In this document: piece after piece, positions 16,753-27,411 of the stretch
How positions within the stretch are numbered: the stretch's first letter is position 1
How the letters are laid out: each line of letters starts with the position of its first letter
Translations under genes and position numbers: made by a program
NCBI GenBank assembly: GCA_033762035.1
Contig: JANRMA010000116.1
Location: 1-28,040 of the forward strand
DNA from: Rickettsiaceae bacterium
GTDB lineage: Bacteria; Pseudomonadota; Alphaproteobacteria; Rickettsiales; Rickettsiaceae
Direction: 5' to 3'
DNA: 28,040 bases
The notes under the pieces: generated by a model
The model's database searches: none
What the model was told of the DNA's origin: nothing
Seen by the model: the letters and a program-made list of their open reading frames with translations, nothing else

Positions 16753-17065
16753 TATAATAAATATCTTTTAATAATTATCTTTTTAAATAATAAATAGATA
16801 ATTATAATAATTATTAAAATTATTAATTTATATGTTATTATAAAATAAAAGAATTAACTCTAGCAAAATAGAGATAATATTAAAGAAAAATTAAGTAGAT
16901 ATAACAAAAAAAACTAAATAATCACATAGTAAGTTTTACAGAGAAATTAATAAAGCAGACAACAAAGCGCTATGACCGCATTACCGAATTTAAATAGATT
17001 ATTTCGTTGGTTTGCGCACGCGTTAAGCTCAGCCTCATTTGAGGCCAACTCTTTCTGTAGGTTAC

Positions 17066-17626
17066 CTAAATTGTATCATGGTTAAAATTTTGAATATTGC
17101 CCATAATTTCCGATCTCAGGTTAGCATAAGCATAACTGCCAGCAATATCTGATGCAATATTTGTAACAATATCTGGATTTGCGTCATTAATCTTAGTTTC
17201 TTCGTATCCTTCTATATTTTCATTAAGTTTTCTAATAACTTTAGATTTAACATTATCTACCTCTGTATTAGCTATGGATGACACGGAATTAATAATAATT
17301 GATTTCTCTGAAGGCGAAAGGTGAGGAAAACATTTGTTTAATATTAATGTTAATAATACCACATTTCCAGCTTTGACGCTTTCGGCAATTGCTTCTGCTA
17401 TAGGCTCTGCATCTTTATTAATCTGCTCTAGTAGGGGATATATTTCTTTCTTTATCATTTCAATTTCTGGCTTTAATTTTTGCTCCGCTCTTACAAAGTA
17501 AGCTCTCATATTTGTAGCGGCTCTTACTAAAGCTTCCCAGCAACTACTTGAGTGCTCAGGTGTATTAACGACGTTATTTGGCTCCGATTCTTGTGCGTTT
17601 TGCGCGGAAGTTGTTTCGTTTGGCAT
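17066..17626 (-). CDS. Orphan hypothetical protein (polar N-terminal leader, helical body)
   Basis: 186-aa ORF with a GGAG SD upstream and coding-like composition. No recognised family motif. Confidence 0.75.
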   Translation of the reverse strand: MPNETTSAQNAQESEPNNVVNTPEHSSSCWEALVRAATNMRAYFVRAEQKLKPEIEMIKKEIYPLLEQINKDAEPIAEAIAESVKAGNVVLLTLILNKCFPHLSPSEKSIIINSVSSIANTEVDNVKSKVIRKLNENIEGYEETKINDANPDIVTNIASDIAGSYAYANLRSEIMGNIQNFNHDTI

Positions 17627-17781
17627 GATATTTTCTCCATGAATTGATTATAGTTATTATTATATTATTTTTTTTATGTTACCAAAGTAATAATTTAAAT
17701 AACTTTAATTATAATAAACGCAAGATACAAAAATACCACAATTAGAAAGATGAATAATAAATTACAAAAAATTTTTTGTAA

Positions 17782-19875
17782 TTATTTTAAGAGTATTTCA
17801 GAAATTTTCTTAATTGTTTCTGGCTTACTTATAAGTGCGCAAAAAATCTGGCGCTCTAGTTTTAATAGATTTTGCTCGTCAGATAGGCTATCTGATGGAA
17901 TATCAGTTATTAGATTAACTATTTCTTCTTGGGTAGTATCTAATTCGCCAAACATATTTCGTAAGATTTGAGGCTGAAAATTACTCACACTAGTAACTTT
18001 TTTGGTAAATTGATTATTTATGGCAAACTCTAACATAGCGTCTCTATTTGCCATTATAGTATAATTTTCTAAATCCATGTTTATTTTGAAATCTAGCGCA
18101 GAGCTAGATTTATATGCTTTTATTATGAGGTTTAGTCTCTTATCTAGGACAGCTTGATTTTTTGCAGATAATATCGCTTCCTTTATCCCTCCAAATGATG
18201 GAATTAATCCAAGGCTTGTTTCTACTAAACCTGCATTTAATTCTTGATGAGCAATTATATAGTCTGAGTGCAGAAGTAACTCGCATCCTCCGCCTAGGGC
18301 AACTCCTGGTGCGCAGGATATTACTGTTTTTCTTGAATATTTTAGTTTATTTAATGAATTCTGACCAAGTTCTATGTATTTATTGATAGCATCTATATTA
18401 CTATCCTTGGCTGCTTGATATAGAAACGATAAATCGGCTCCAGCAGAGAAATGCTTATTATCTGAGTATATTATCAGATCTAAATCCGATTCTTCTGAAA
18501 TTTTAGTAGCATTAATAATATCCTCAAAAAGCTGCGAGGTTAAAATATGCATTTTAGTGTTAATTTCAAGGCAGAGTTTTTTGTTGTTAATATTCCATAT
18601 ACTCGAAGCATCTGAAGAATAAAGTGGAGATATCAATGTATCTTTTATAAGATTTAGTGCGTTTGGCTCGGTGGATATTTTATTTTTGTCTATTTTTGGA
18701 GGAAATTTGCTTGCATATTCTTTTGGTATCAAATTAATATTTTGCATAAGCTCGTAGGGGCCTTGCTTCCATGCGAATCCTAATTTCATAGCTTTATCTA
18801 TTCCATCATAGCTTTCGCATATTGTTGCTTGATTAGATAAAACGTAAATGAAGAAATCTTGCAGAAGATCTTTGATAAAAATAGAAATTGCGCTATTAGA
18901 GGCGAGGAATTCTGTGGTATTATTATAGGCAAAATCTACCTTTTGCGATATCTCATATTCAAAATTTTCTAGATTTAATCGATATTTTGTTTTAACTCCT
19001 TCCGGATTTTGTTCTATTTTGTAAAAGCCGCCTTTACCTTTTCTGCCAGTAAAGCCATTTTTTACCAACTCTTCCAATTTAGGATTAGTTTGCGAATTTT
19101 GTAAGAATGGATCATCCGTCGGTAGATGTGTTTTCAGGGAGGCGCATATCATATTCATTACATCTAGGCCTATTAAGTCGTAGAGAGCGAAAATCCCCGT
19201 TGAAGGAAAGCCAAAAAAATCAATAAGAGCTTTATCTATTTGCTCTATAGATAAGCCGGATTTTATGGCTCTTGTAAGAGTAGTTTCCATTAAATAACAA
19301 CCTAATCTATTTGCTATAAATCCTGGACTATCGTAACATTCAATTACTTCCTTTCCCATTATAGATTTCATAAATTCGGCTAATTTATTTTTGGTTTCCT
19401 TGTTTAAATTACCTGGTACAAATTCTAATAGCCTCATATGTCTTGGAGGATTAAAGAAATGGCATATACCGATTCTGCCTGCTATATTTGCTGGTAGGCC
19501 TTCTATTAAATTTGCAAGTTTAAAAGTTGAAGTATTAGAAACAATAGAAGCTCCTTCTTTTAGAAAGCCAAAAGCATCATTGTATAATCTCTGCTTTACT
19601 TCGATTTTTTCAATTACTGCTTCTATTACAAGGTCGCAATCATATATTTGATTTAAATCGCTTGTAAGGGATAGGGGGGTAATATTTGCAGCTCTACTAG
19701 GATGGACTAATCCAGACTGTTTGCTGTTTAACTGTCTTTCAATCGCGCTAGCTGCAATTAATTCTCGTGAGTTTTGTAGATCGAATAATTTAACTTTAAT
19801 ACCGTTATTTGCTAGCTGGCATGCAATACCAGATCCCATAACTCCTGCGCCAAAAACTGCGACTTGTTCTATCAT
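17782..19875 (-). CDS. fadB: 3-hydroxyacyl-CoA dehydrogenase / enoyl-CoA hydratase fusion (HAD first, Rickettsia FadB/FadN-like)
   Basis: 697 aa. GAGVMGSGIA Rossmann motif, IEAVIE, SNTST, HFFNPPRHM and PGFIANR are present. The C-terminal crotonase region has FSAGADL and ALGGGCELLL. Confidence 0.88.
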   Translation of the reverse strand: MIEQVAVFGAGVMGSGIACQLANNGIKVKLFDLQNSRELIAASAIERQLNSKQSGLVHPSRAANITPLSLTSDLNQIYDCDLVIEAVIEKIEVKQRLYNDAFGFLKEGASIVSNTSTFKLANLIEGLPANIAGRIGICHFFNPPRHMRLLEFVPGNLNKETKNKLAEFMKSIMGKEVIECYDSPGFIANRLGCYLMETTLTRAIKSGLSIEQIDKALIDFFGFPSTGIFALYDLIGLDVMNMICASLKTHLPTDDPFLQNSQTNPKLEELVKNGFTGRKGKGGFYKIEQNPEGVKTKYRLNLENFEYEISQKVDFAYNNTTEFLASNSAISIFIKDLLQDFFIYVLSNQATICESYDGIDKAMKLGFAWKQGPYELMQNINLIPKEYASKFPPKIDKNKISTEPNALNLIKDTLISPLYSSDASSIWNINNKKLCLEINTKMHILTSQLFEDIINATKISEESDLDLIIYSDNKHFSAGADLSFLYQAAKDSNIDAINKYIELGQNSLNKLKYSRKTVISCAPGVALGGGCELLLHSDYIIAHQELNAGLVETSLGLIPSFGGIKEAILSAKNQAVLDKRLNLIIKAYKSSSALDFKINMDLENYTIMANRDAMLEFAINNQFTKKVTSVSNFQPQILRNMFGELDTTQEEIVNLITDIPSDSLSDEQNLLKLERQIFCALISKPETIKKISEILLK

Positions 19876-19892
19876 TTTGTACCTATTAATTT

Positions 19893-20420
19893 CTAACTAT
19901 TAGTCAAAAAATCTTTGAATGCTTTAAAAGTATGCTGTGAATTAAATGTTGCAATCTTATTTTCCGTAATACCTTCTAGCTCCATAGTTACAGTGTCTGC
20001 CTGTGATATTCTTGCAAGATCATTTCTTGAAATTTCATATATACATTCTTCTTCAATAGCAGGAGGATCTATATGATAAGAAGAAATTCTAGCCGGACGT
20101 AATGGCGTTAGGTTAATAATATGTTCTTTATTTAGCAAGAAGCGTAATAGACTTCCTTCCTTTTTAAACTGATGAGATTTATTTTTGCTCATCCATCTAA
20201 CCTTGATATATAATTTATCTAGGTTCATATTGCGCTCTAATAATAAATATAGAGTATTTTTACGTGTATTTCTTATAGATAAATATATTGGCTTAGACAC
20301 AGAATATCCTATTCTAAAATCTTGAGAATATTCATTTGTTGTTTTATAAGGCCAGCAGCCTATATTGAGTGCAAGTAAAGCACTTAAAAGGCTGATTTTA
20401 GAAATAGTTTTTACAATCAT
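19893..20420 (-). CDS. Putative lipoprotein, hypothetical
   Basis: 175 aa. A basic N-terminus and hydrophobic core precede the lipobox-like LNIG-C. The gene ends 17 bp upstream of fadB. Confidence 0.7.
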   Translation of the reverse strand: MIVKTISKISLLSALLALNIGCWPYKTTNEYSQDFRIGYSVSKPIYLSIRNTRKNTLYLLLERNMNLDKLYIKVRWMSKNKSHQFKKEGSLLRFLLNKEHIINLTPLRPARISSYHIDPPAIEEECIYEISRNDLARISQADTVTMELEGITENKIATFNSQHTFKAFKDFLTNS

Positions 20421-20587
20421 ATTACCAGAAATTTTTAACTATATATTTATATATTATGTAGGTCGGAATTTTAGTACGCCTAGTTTTTAAAAGCAAAAGA
20501 AATATATCTGCATAATTTAAATTCCCTTTTACTGCGTCTATTATGAAACTATAGCCCCTTATATTCAAACTGTTATTAAAGTAAATC

Positions 20588-21808
20588 CTATAGTTTTTGT
20601 AGTTTATTAAAGGAATAAATGGCCCCTAATGCAACTATTAGTGATGGTAAAATAATAAATTGAGGCCCTAGTAAAATAGCTGCTTTAGTAGATATATAAT
20701 TTGTAGGGGCAGAAATTAATACACTACCTAATGAGTGAGATAGGCTAAATACTCTGTATCTTATGGCTATATTAATGTAATTTTTGAGATATACGTATGA
20801 TGCCACGCTAACTCCAGATTGAATAAAGCAAATAACGCTAACTAAAGTACTGATATTATTGTAATTTTCAGTTTTAATATCATAATAAATCATATAAATA
20901 ATAATTAATATCAAAAATCTAAAAAAATTAATATAAGGAGCAAATTTGAGATAATCAAATAAATATCCGAATAATACTCCTCCAAAGGCATAGAATAATA
21001 AATAAACAGGAGTTTGGAGGTTGGCCTGGTCCTGTGAAATGATTTTTATATATAAAGGAAGGCATATAATGAAAAAATGGTAAAAAGAGCCAAGGCTACC
21101 AAAAATTATTATTTGATAAATTATAATACGTGAATGTGAATGAAATATTTGCGCAAAACTTACAGGAAATATATGATGCTTGTTATTTTGATATTCCAAA
21201 AATACAGATGTTTCATTTAAAAATAACATATTTACTGAAAATAATAGAGTAAGTAATCCCCCAAAAAAGAAGCATAATCTCCATGTAGGAATAATATATG
21301 AAAAAATCTCATATTCTTTCAGAAGATAAAATATACATAAACTTGCAGCTAAAACACCTAATTGTGTTGCAACAGATATAATGCCATTAGCAAGATACTC
21401 TTGGGATTTTGGCACTATCTCTGAAATATAAACTCTTATTCCGTCTATATCTCCAGTAAGGCCAGATAAAAACATAATACGCGCTAAAGCTAGTAAGATA
21501 GTCGCAAAAATCCCAAACATATTGTAGCTGGGTATAAAAGCTACTAATATAGCCCCTATTCCAGAAATAATAGAAGAGAAAATTATAGCCCTTTTTCTGC
21601 CAAATTTATCTCCTATTGTACCAAAAATAAAAGAGGCCAATGGTCTTGTAATATTACTAAGAATAACAAGAAAGAAAAAATTAGATATTTTATCTATATC
21701 CGTTTGCCCTGGCAAAAACGCACTAGAGAGCTGGCCAGCCGCAAGACCAAAAATACCATAATTGAAAAACTGAATGGTAGTGCCGCAGTATAAAAATAAT
21801 ATTCTCAC
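20588..21808 (-). CDS. MFS transporter, ProP/MHS-like (divergent)
   Basis: 406 aa with a GTG start and about 12 TM segments. RPLASFIFGTIGDKFGRKRA (MFS motif A) and WRLCFFFGG are present. Confidence 0.85.
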   Translation of the reverse strand: MRILFLYCGTTIQFFNYGIFGLAAGQLSSAFLPGQTDIDKISNFFFLVILSNITRPLASFIFGTIGDKFGRKRAIIFSSIISGIGAILVAFIPSYNMFGIFATILLALARIMFLSGLTGDIDGIRVYISEIVPKSQEYLANGIISVATQLGVLAASLCIFYLLKEYEIFSYIIPTWRLCFFFGGLLTLLFSVNMLFLNETSVFLEYQNNKHHIFPVSFAQIFHSHSRIIIYQIIIFGSLGSFYHFFIICLPLYIKIISQDQANLQTPVYLLFYAFGGVLFGYLFDYLKFAPYINFFRFLILIIIYMIYYDIKTENYNNISTLVSVICFIQSGVSVASYVYLKNYINIAIRYRVFSLSHSLGSVLISAPTNYISTKAAILLGPQFIILPSLIVALGAIYSFNKLQKL

Positions 21809-22026
21809 GAGATCTTAATTGTTATATACTCAGTTTTTTGACCCATGAAGAATAAATTTTGGTGATAATATGCCATTTTTATAATGATGGTTTGGGAGTT
21901 TTCAAAAAATAGCCGAAGAAGCTCCGGTATTTTATATGTAATATTTGCTTTATAGCCCAATAAATCAGTTTTAGCAAAGCATTTTCTGAAGTAAATGGGC
22001 CTTTTATTACTATTGTTTTCTGGTAA

Positions 22027-23610
22027 TTAGATCGATTCTTCTGAGTCCGAGCAGTAGCCAGTTAGTTCATAATTCTCTGGTGGATTTATATCTAAATCCA
22101 TCATTTTCATTGTAATACTAGTAACATTTTCTGGCATTTTCATTGTAATACTAGTAACATTTTCTGGGTACATAGAATCATCATTTTCATTTCTTGGTCT
22201 CTTATTCTGAATAGAATCATTATTAGATTGCTCGCAATCTTTACTCTCATCTTCACCTTCATTTCTTGGTCTCTTAATCTCAGAGCTAGAAGATTCTGTA
22301 TCTTTCGTCTCATCTTCCCCTTCCTGATTGTAACAGTTTAATAAAATCTCATCTGGTAACTCTTTTAGTAAATTTGCTTTAGCTTCAAGCACTAGGGGGT
22401 GCTCGCGTAAATCATCTGGTATTGTTTCTCCAAGTTTCATAAGAGTAAGAAAACCATCAATCTTATGATAATCTTCATCTAAGTAATCACCTCCATCTTG
22501 TATTATATGATAAGCTCCGCTTCTAGAAGCGCCATTTTGCTTTAAGATATGTGCATGTTTAAAATTCCCATTAACGCATGCTGCAATAAAGGCTGTGTAT
22601 CCATCTTTATTTTTAGCGTTTATATCAACACCTTTTTCTATTAATTTAATTATTACCTCGCTCATGTCATCTTCTGACCTTGCGGAATCGATAAGTGCAT
22701 TTATACCACAGAGGCCTCTCACACATGCCCCCAATTCTATAAGATACAAAGCCGGTTCTTTGTCTTCCTTGTAACATGCATATTCTAATAAAGAGAACCC
22801 GTTAATTATACCATTTATATTAGCTCCTGCATCTATTAACATTTCTATTAATTGAGGATTTTTAGTATTTATGGCTTCATAAAGTGGCATAGAATTATCT
22901 TTAGGCGAACTATAAAGCCCATTAACATTTACGCCTTTATCTATTAACACTTTCACTAAATTTTCCATATTATTCTTACAAGCTTTCGATAATATATAAG
23001 GATTCTCTATTTTTGCTCCTTTTTCTACTAACATGATTGCTAATTCTTCCATGCTATTGCTAATCGCCCAAATTAATGGGGTCCAGCCGTCTTCATCTTG
23101 TTGATTAATATCAGCTCCTTTATTTATTAAAGCCATCGCTACTTCTGTATGACCATTTCTAATCGCCCAAATTAATGGGGTCCGGCCGTTTCCATCCTGC
23201 CGATTAACATCAGCTTCTTTATTTATTAAAGCTATGGCTACTTCTGTATTACCCTTGATAATCGCCAAAGTTAAGGGGGTCCAGCCGTTTCCATTCTGCT
23301 GATTAACATCTGCTCCTCTATCTATTAAAACCATGGCTACTTCTGTATTACCCTTGCTAATCGCCAAAAATAAGGGGGTACAGCCGTCTCGATCCTGCTG
23401 ATTAATATCTGCTCCTGCATCTATCAAATCCGAGACTGCTTGTGTATTACCCTCTGCAGCGGCAAAATGGAGCATAAAATAAAATTTTAGCATTTTTTGT
23501 GCTAAATTTAGAACATCTCGTGTTAGAGCTCCATGGTTCCCACCATAAAATATGATGCGAGTATATTTCTTAAGTTCCTCAGGCGACATGGATGGAGTGT
23601 CTGGTTCCAT
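22027..23610 (-). CDS. Ankyrin-repeat protein (about 10 repeats) with an F-box-like motif and acidic C-terminal tail, candidate effector (ank2)
   Basis: 527 aa. Repeated TPLxxAIxxGxTE...GADINxxD units. Adjacent DNA repeats at 23060-23090 and 23159-23189 match at 30 of 31 positions (offset 99). The tail contains LKELPDEILL and two KRPRNE copies. Confidence 0.92.
   Translation of the reverse strand: MEPDTPSMSPEELKKYTRIIFYGGNHGALTRDVLNLAQKMLKFYFMLHFAAAEGNTQAVSDLIDAGADINQQDRDGCTPLFLAISKGNTEVAMVLIDRGADVNQQNGNGWTPLTLAIIKGNTEVAIALINKEADVNRQDGNGRTPLIWAIRNGHTEVAMALINKGADINQQDEDGWTPLIWAISNSMEELAIMLVEKGAKIENPYILSKACKNNMENLVKVLIDKGVNVNGLYSSPKDNSMPLYEAINTKNPQLIEMLIDAGANINGIINGFSLLEYACYKEDKEPALYLIELGACVRGLCGINALIDSARSEDDMSEVIIKLIEKGVDINAKNKDGYTAFIAACVNGNFKHAHILKQNGASRSGAYHIIQDGGDYLDEDYHKIDGFLTLMKLGETIPDDLREHPLVLEAKANLLKELPDEILLNCYNQEGEDETKDTESSSSEIKRPRNEGEDESKDCEQSNNDSIQNKRPRNENDDSMYPENVTSITMKMPENVTSITMKMMDLDINPPENYELTGYCSDSEESI
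22102..22167. repeat. Perfect 33-bp in-frame tandem duplication in ank2 (PENVTSITMKM x2)
   Basis: CATTTTCATTGTAATACTAGTAACATTTTCTGG occurs at 22102-22134 and 22135-22167. Confidence 0.95.
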
Positions 23611-23641
23611 TATAATACCGTTTGGGTTTATTCAGGAATAC

Positions 23642-23669
23642 ATTATAAACAAATATTCTTATTTATCAA
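23642..23669 (-). promoter_or_regulatory. Putative sigma70 promoter of ank2
   Basis: The minus strand reads TTGATA-N16-TATAAT, 31 bp upstream of the ATG. Confidence 0.45.
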
Positions 23670-23726
23670 CTAAAAATATTTGTTTATATATGTTTGTTAT
23701 AAATCTTTAGTTTAGCTAGAGAGTGT

Positions 23727-24647
23727 CTAGTTTAAATCAAAAAATTTCGCTTTGTATTTAGCGTCTAAATCTTTAATATAAGTAGTAACAGCATCTTTTG
23801 CTAATTTAGATTTTATCTGCGGGCTTATTTCTGTGAGGGAAGGAGGCTGCACTGGCCTTGTGTCTAATAATTTTATAATATGCCAGCCTAATTGAGATTT
23901 GACTGGGTCTGAAATTTGCCCTTTTTTCAGCGTCCTAGTTTTTGCTTCATATTCTGGATCAAACTGTCCTTTCGTAGAAAATCCCAAATCTCCCCCGTTG
24001 TTTTTTGTACTTGGATCGGTAGAATATTCAGCTACTAAATCTTCAAATTTGGCTCCTTTAGATAACTTAGCATTCGCCTCCTTAGCTTTAGCTTCGTCTG
24101 GAAGGAATATATGAGCAGTCCTATATTCTAATTCATCCTTAGATCTCTCTGCTAATTCTTTTTTAAACTTTTCATATTCTGCTCTAACATCAGAATCTGT
24201 TACTTTTTCTTTTATCATGTTTTCTATTATCATCTGCTGAGCTAATTGCGATTTCACTTCTGCCAGTTTTTTTGCATATTCAGCTGATTCCATAATTTTT
24301 TGACTTTCCACTTCAAGTAAAATTAATTTAGAATTCACATAACCTTTAATAAGACTTTCTTGAATATTTTCATCAAAATCAGTAAATTTTTTGCCCTTAA
24401 ATTCTGGCTGCTGGTCAAAAATTGCAGAAAAGTGCCTCATGACTTCATCTACTGTTACTTTTGTGCCATTATTATATTCGGCAACAACTGTAGCACCTGT
24501 AATCTTGCTAATTTTTTCAGTAGGTTTCTGATCTTGCGCTTCTTTTGGTGCTTCAACTTTGGTACTAGAAGTTTCTGCGCCGTAAGCAGGAAAGACATTA
24601 AGATATATAGCTGTGGAAGCTACAAAGATTTTGAGTATTTTATTCAT
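23727..24647 (-). CDS. prsA: Parvulin-type peptidyl-prolyl isomerase / foldase (PrsA-like)
   Basis: 306 aa with a signal peptide. PPIC motifs TAHIFL, FEDLVAEYSTDPSTKNNGGDLG and PVKSQLGWHIIKL are present. Confidence 0.85.
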   Translation of the reverse strand: MNKILKIFVASTAIYLNVFPAYGAETSSTKVEAPKEAQDQKPTEKISKITGATVVAEYNNGTKVTVDEVMRHFSAIFDQQPEFKGKKFTDFDENIQESLIKGYVNSKLILLEVESQKIMESAEYAKKLAEVKSQLAQQMIIENMIKEKVTDSDVRAEYEKFKKELAERSKDELEYRTAHIFLPDEAKAKEANAKLSKGAKFEDLVAEYSTDPSTKNNGGDLGFSTKGQFDPEYEAKTRTLKKGQISDPVKSQLGWHIIKLLDTRPVQPPSLTEISPQIKSKLAKDAVTTYIKDLDAKYKAKFFDLN

Positions 24648-24886
24648 ATATTCTCCGAAAAATTTAAGTTAAGCCTTATTAGTAGAGTTATTAGAAAAAA
24701 AGGTCAAGTATTTTAATATATAATCAGCTATTCTCATTTTATATTGAGGCATGTGCTTTACATGATGCAATTAAACTTCGGATCGCCCCTTTTTACCTAG
24801 GATTACTAAAGGACCCGCCAAAGCGCGTTAAAATCTACAATTAGAATTGTTGTGATTTATCCTAGCTATATTTACACCTTTTTTGC

Positions 24887-24915
24887 TTGTGTATATTAGG
24901 AGAGAGGTCTATAAT
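24887..24915 (+). promoter_or_regulatory. Putative sigma70 promoter of gyrB
   Basis: TTGTGT-N17-TATAAT, 30 bp upstream of the ATG. Confidence 0.5.
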
Positions 24916-24927
24916 GAGCACCACTAA

Positions 24928-27366
<2,439 letters not shown>

Positions 27367-27411
27367 TAGACTGACGCTCTTGATTAACATATATTATAGA
27401 TCGTTAAACTT

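Noticed and set aside
16741-16930. Replication origin in the AT-rich tract
   Set aside because: I found no DnaA boxes (TTATCCACA) or CtrA TTAA-N7-TTAA sites by eye, and no origin-typical neighbouring genes.
17032-17045. GCCTCA-TT-TGAGGC hairpin as an intrinsic terminator
   Set aside because: The stem is short and there is no U-tract on the transcribed (minus) strand.
24776-24825. GC-richer patch in the prsA-gyrB gap (TCGCCCCTTTTTAC) resembling the left half of a B repeat or a small RNA
   Set aside because: There is no right arm, TGACA tag or convincing fold. It could be a decayed copy, but that is unsupported.
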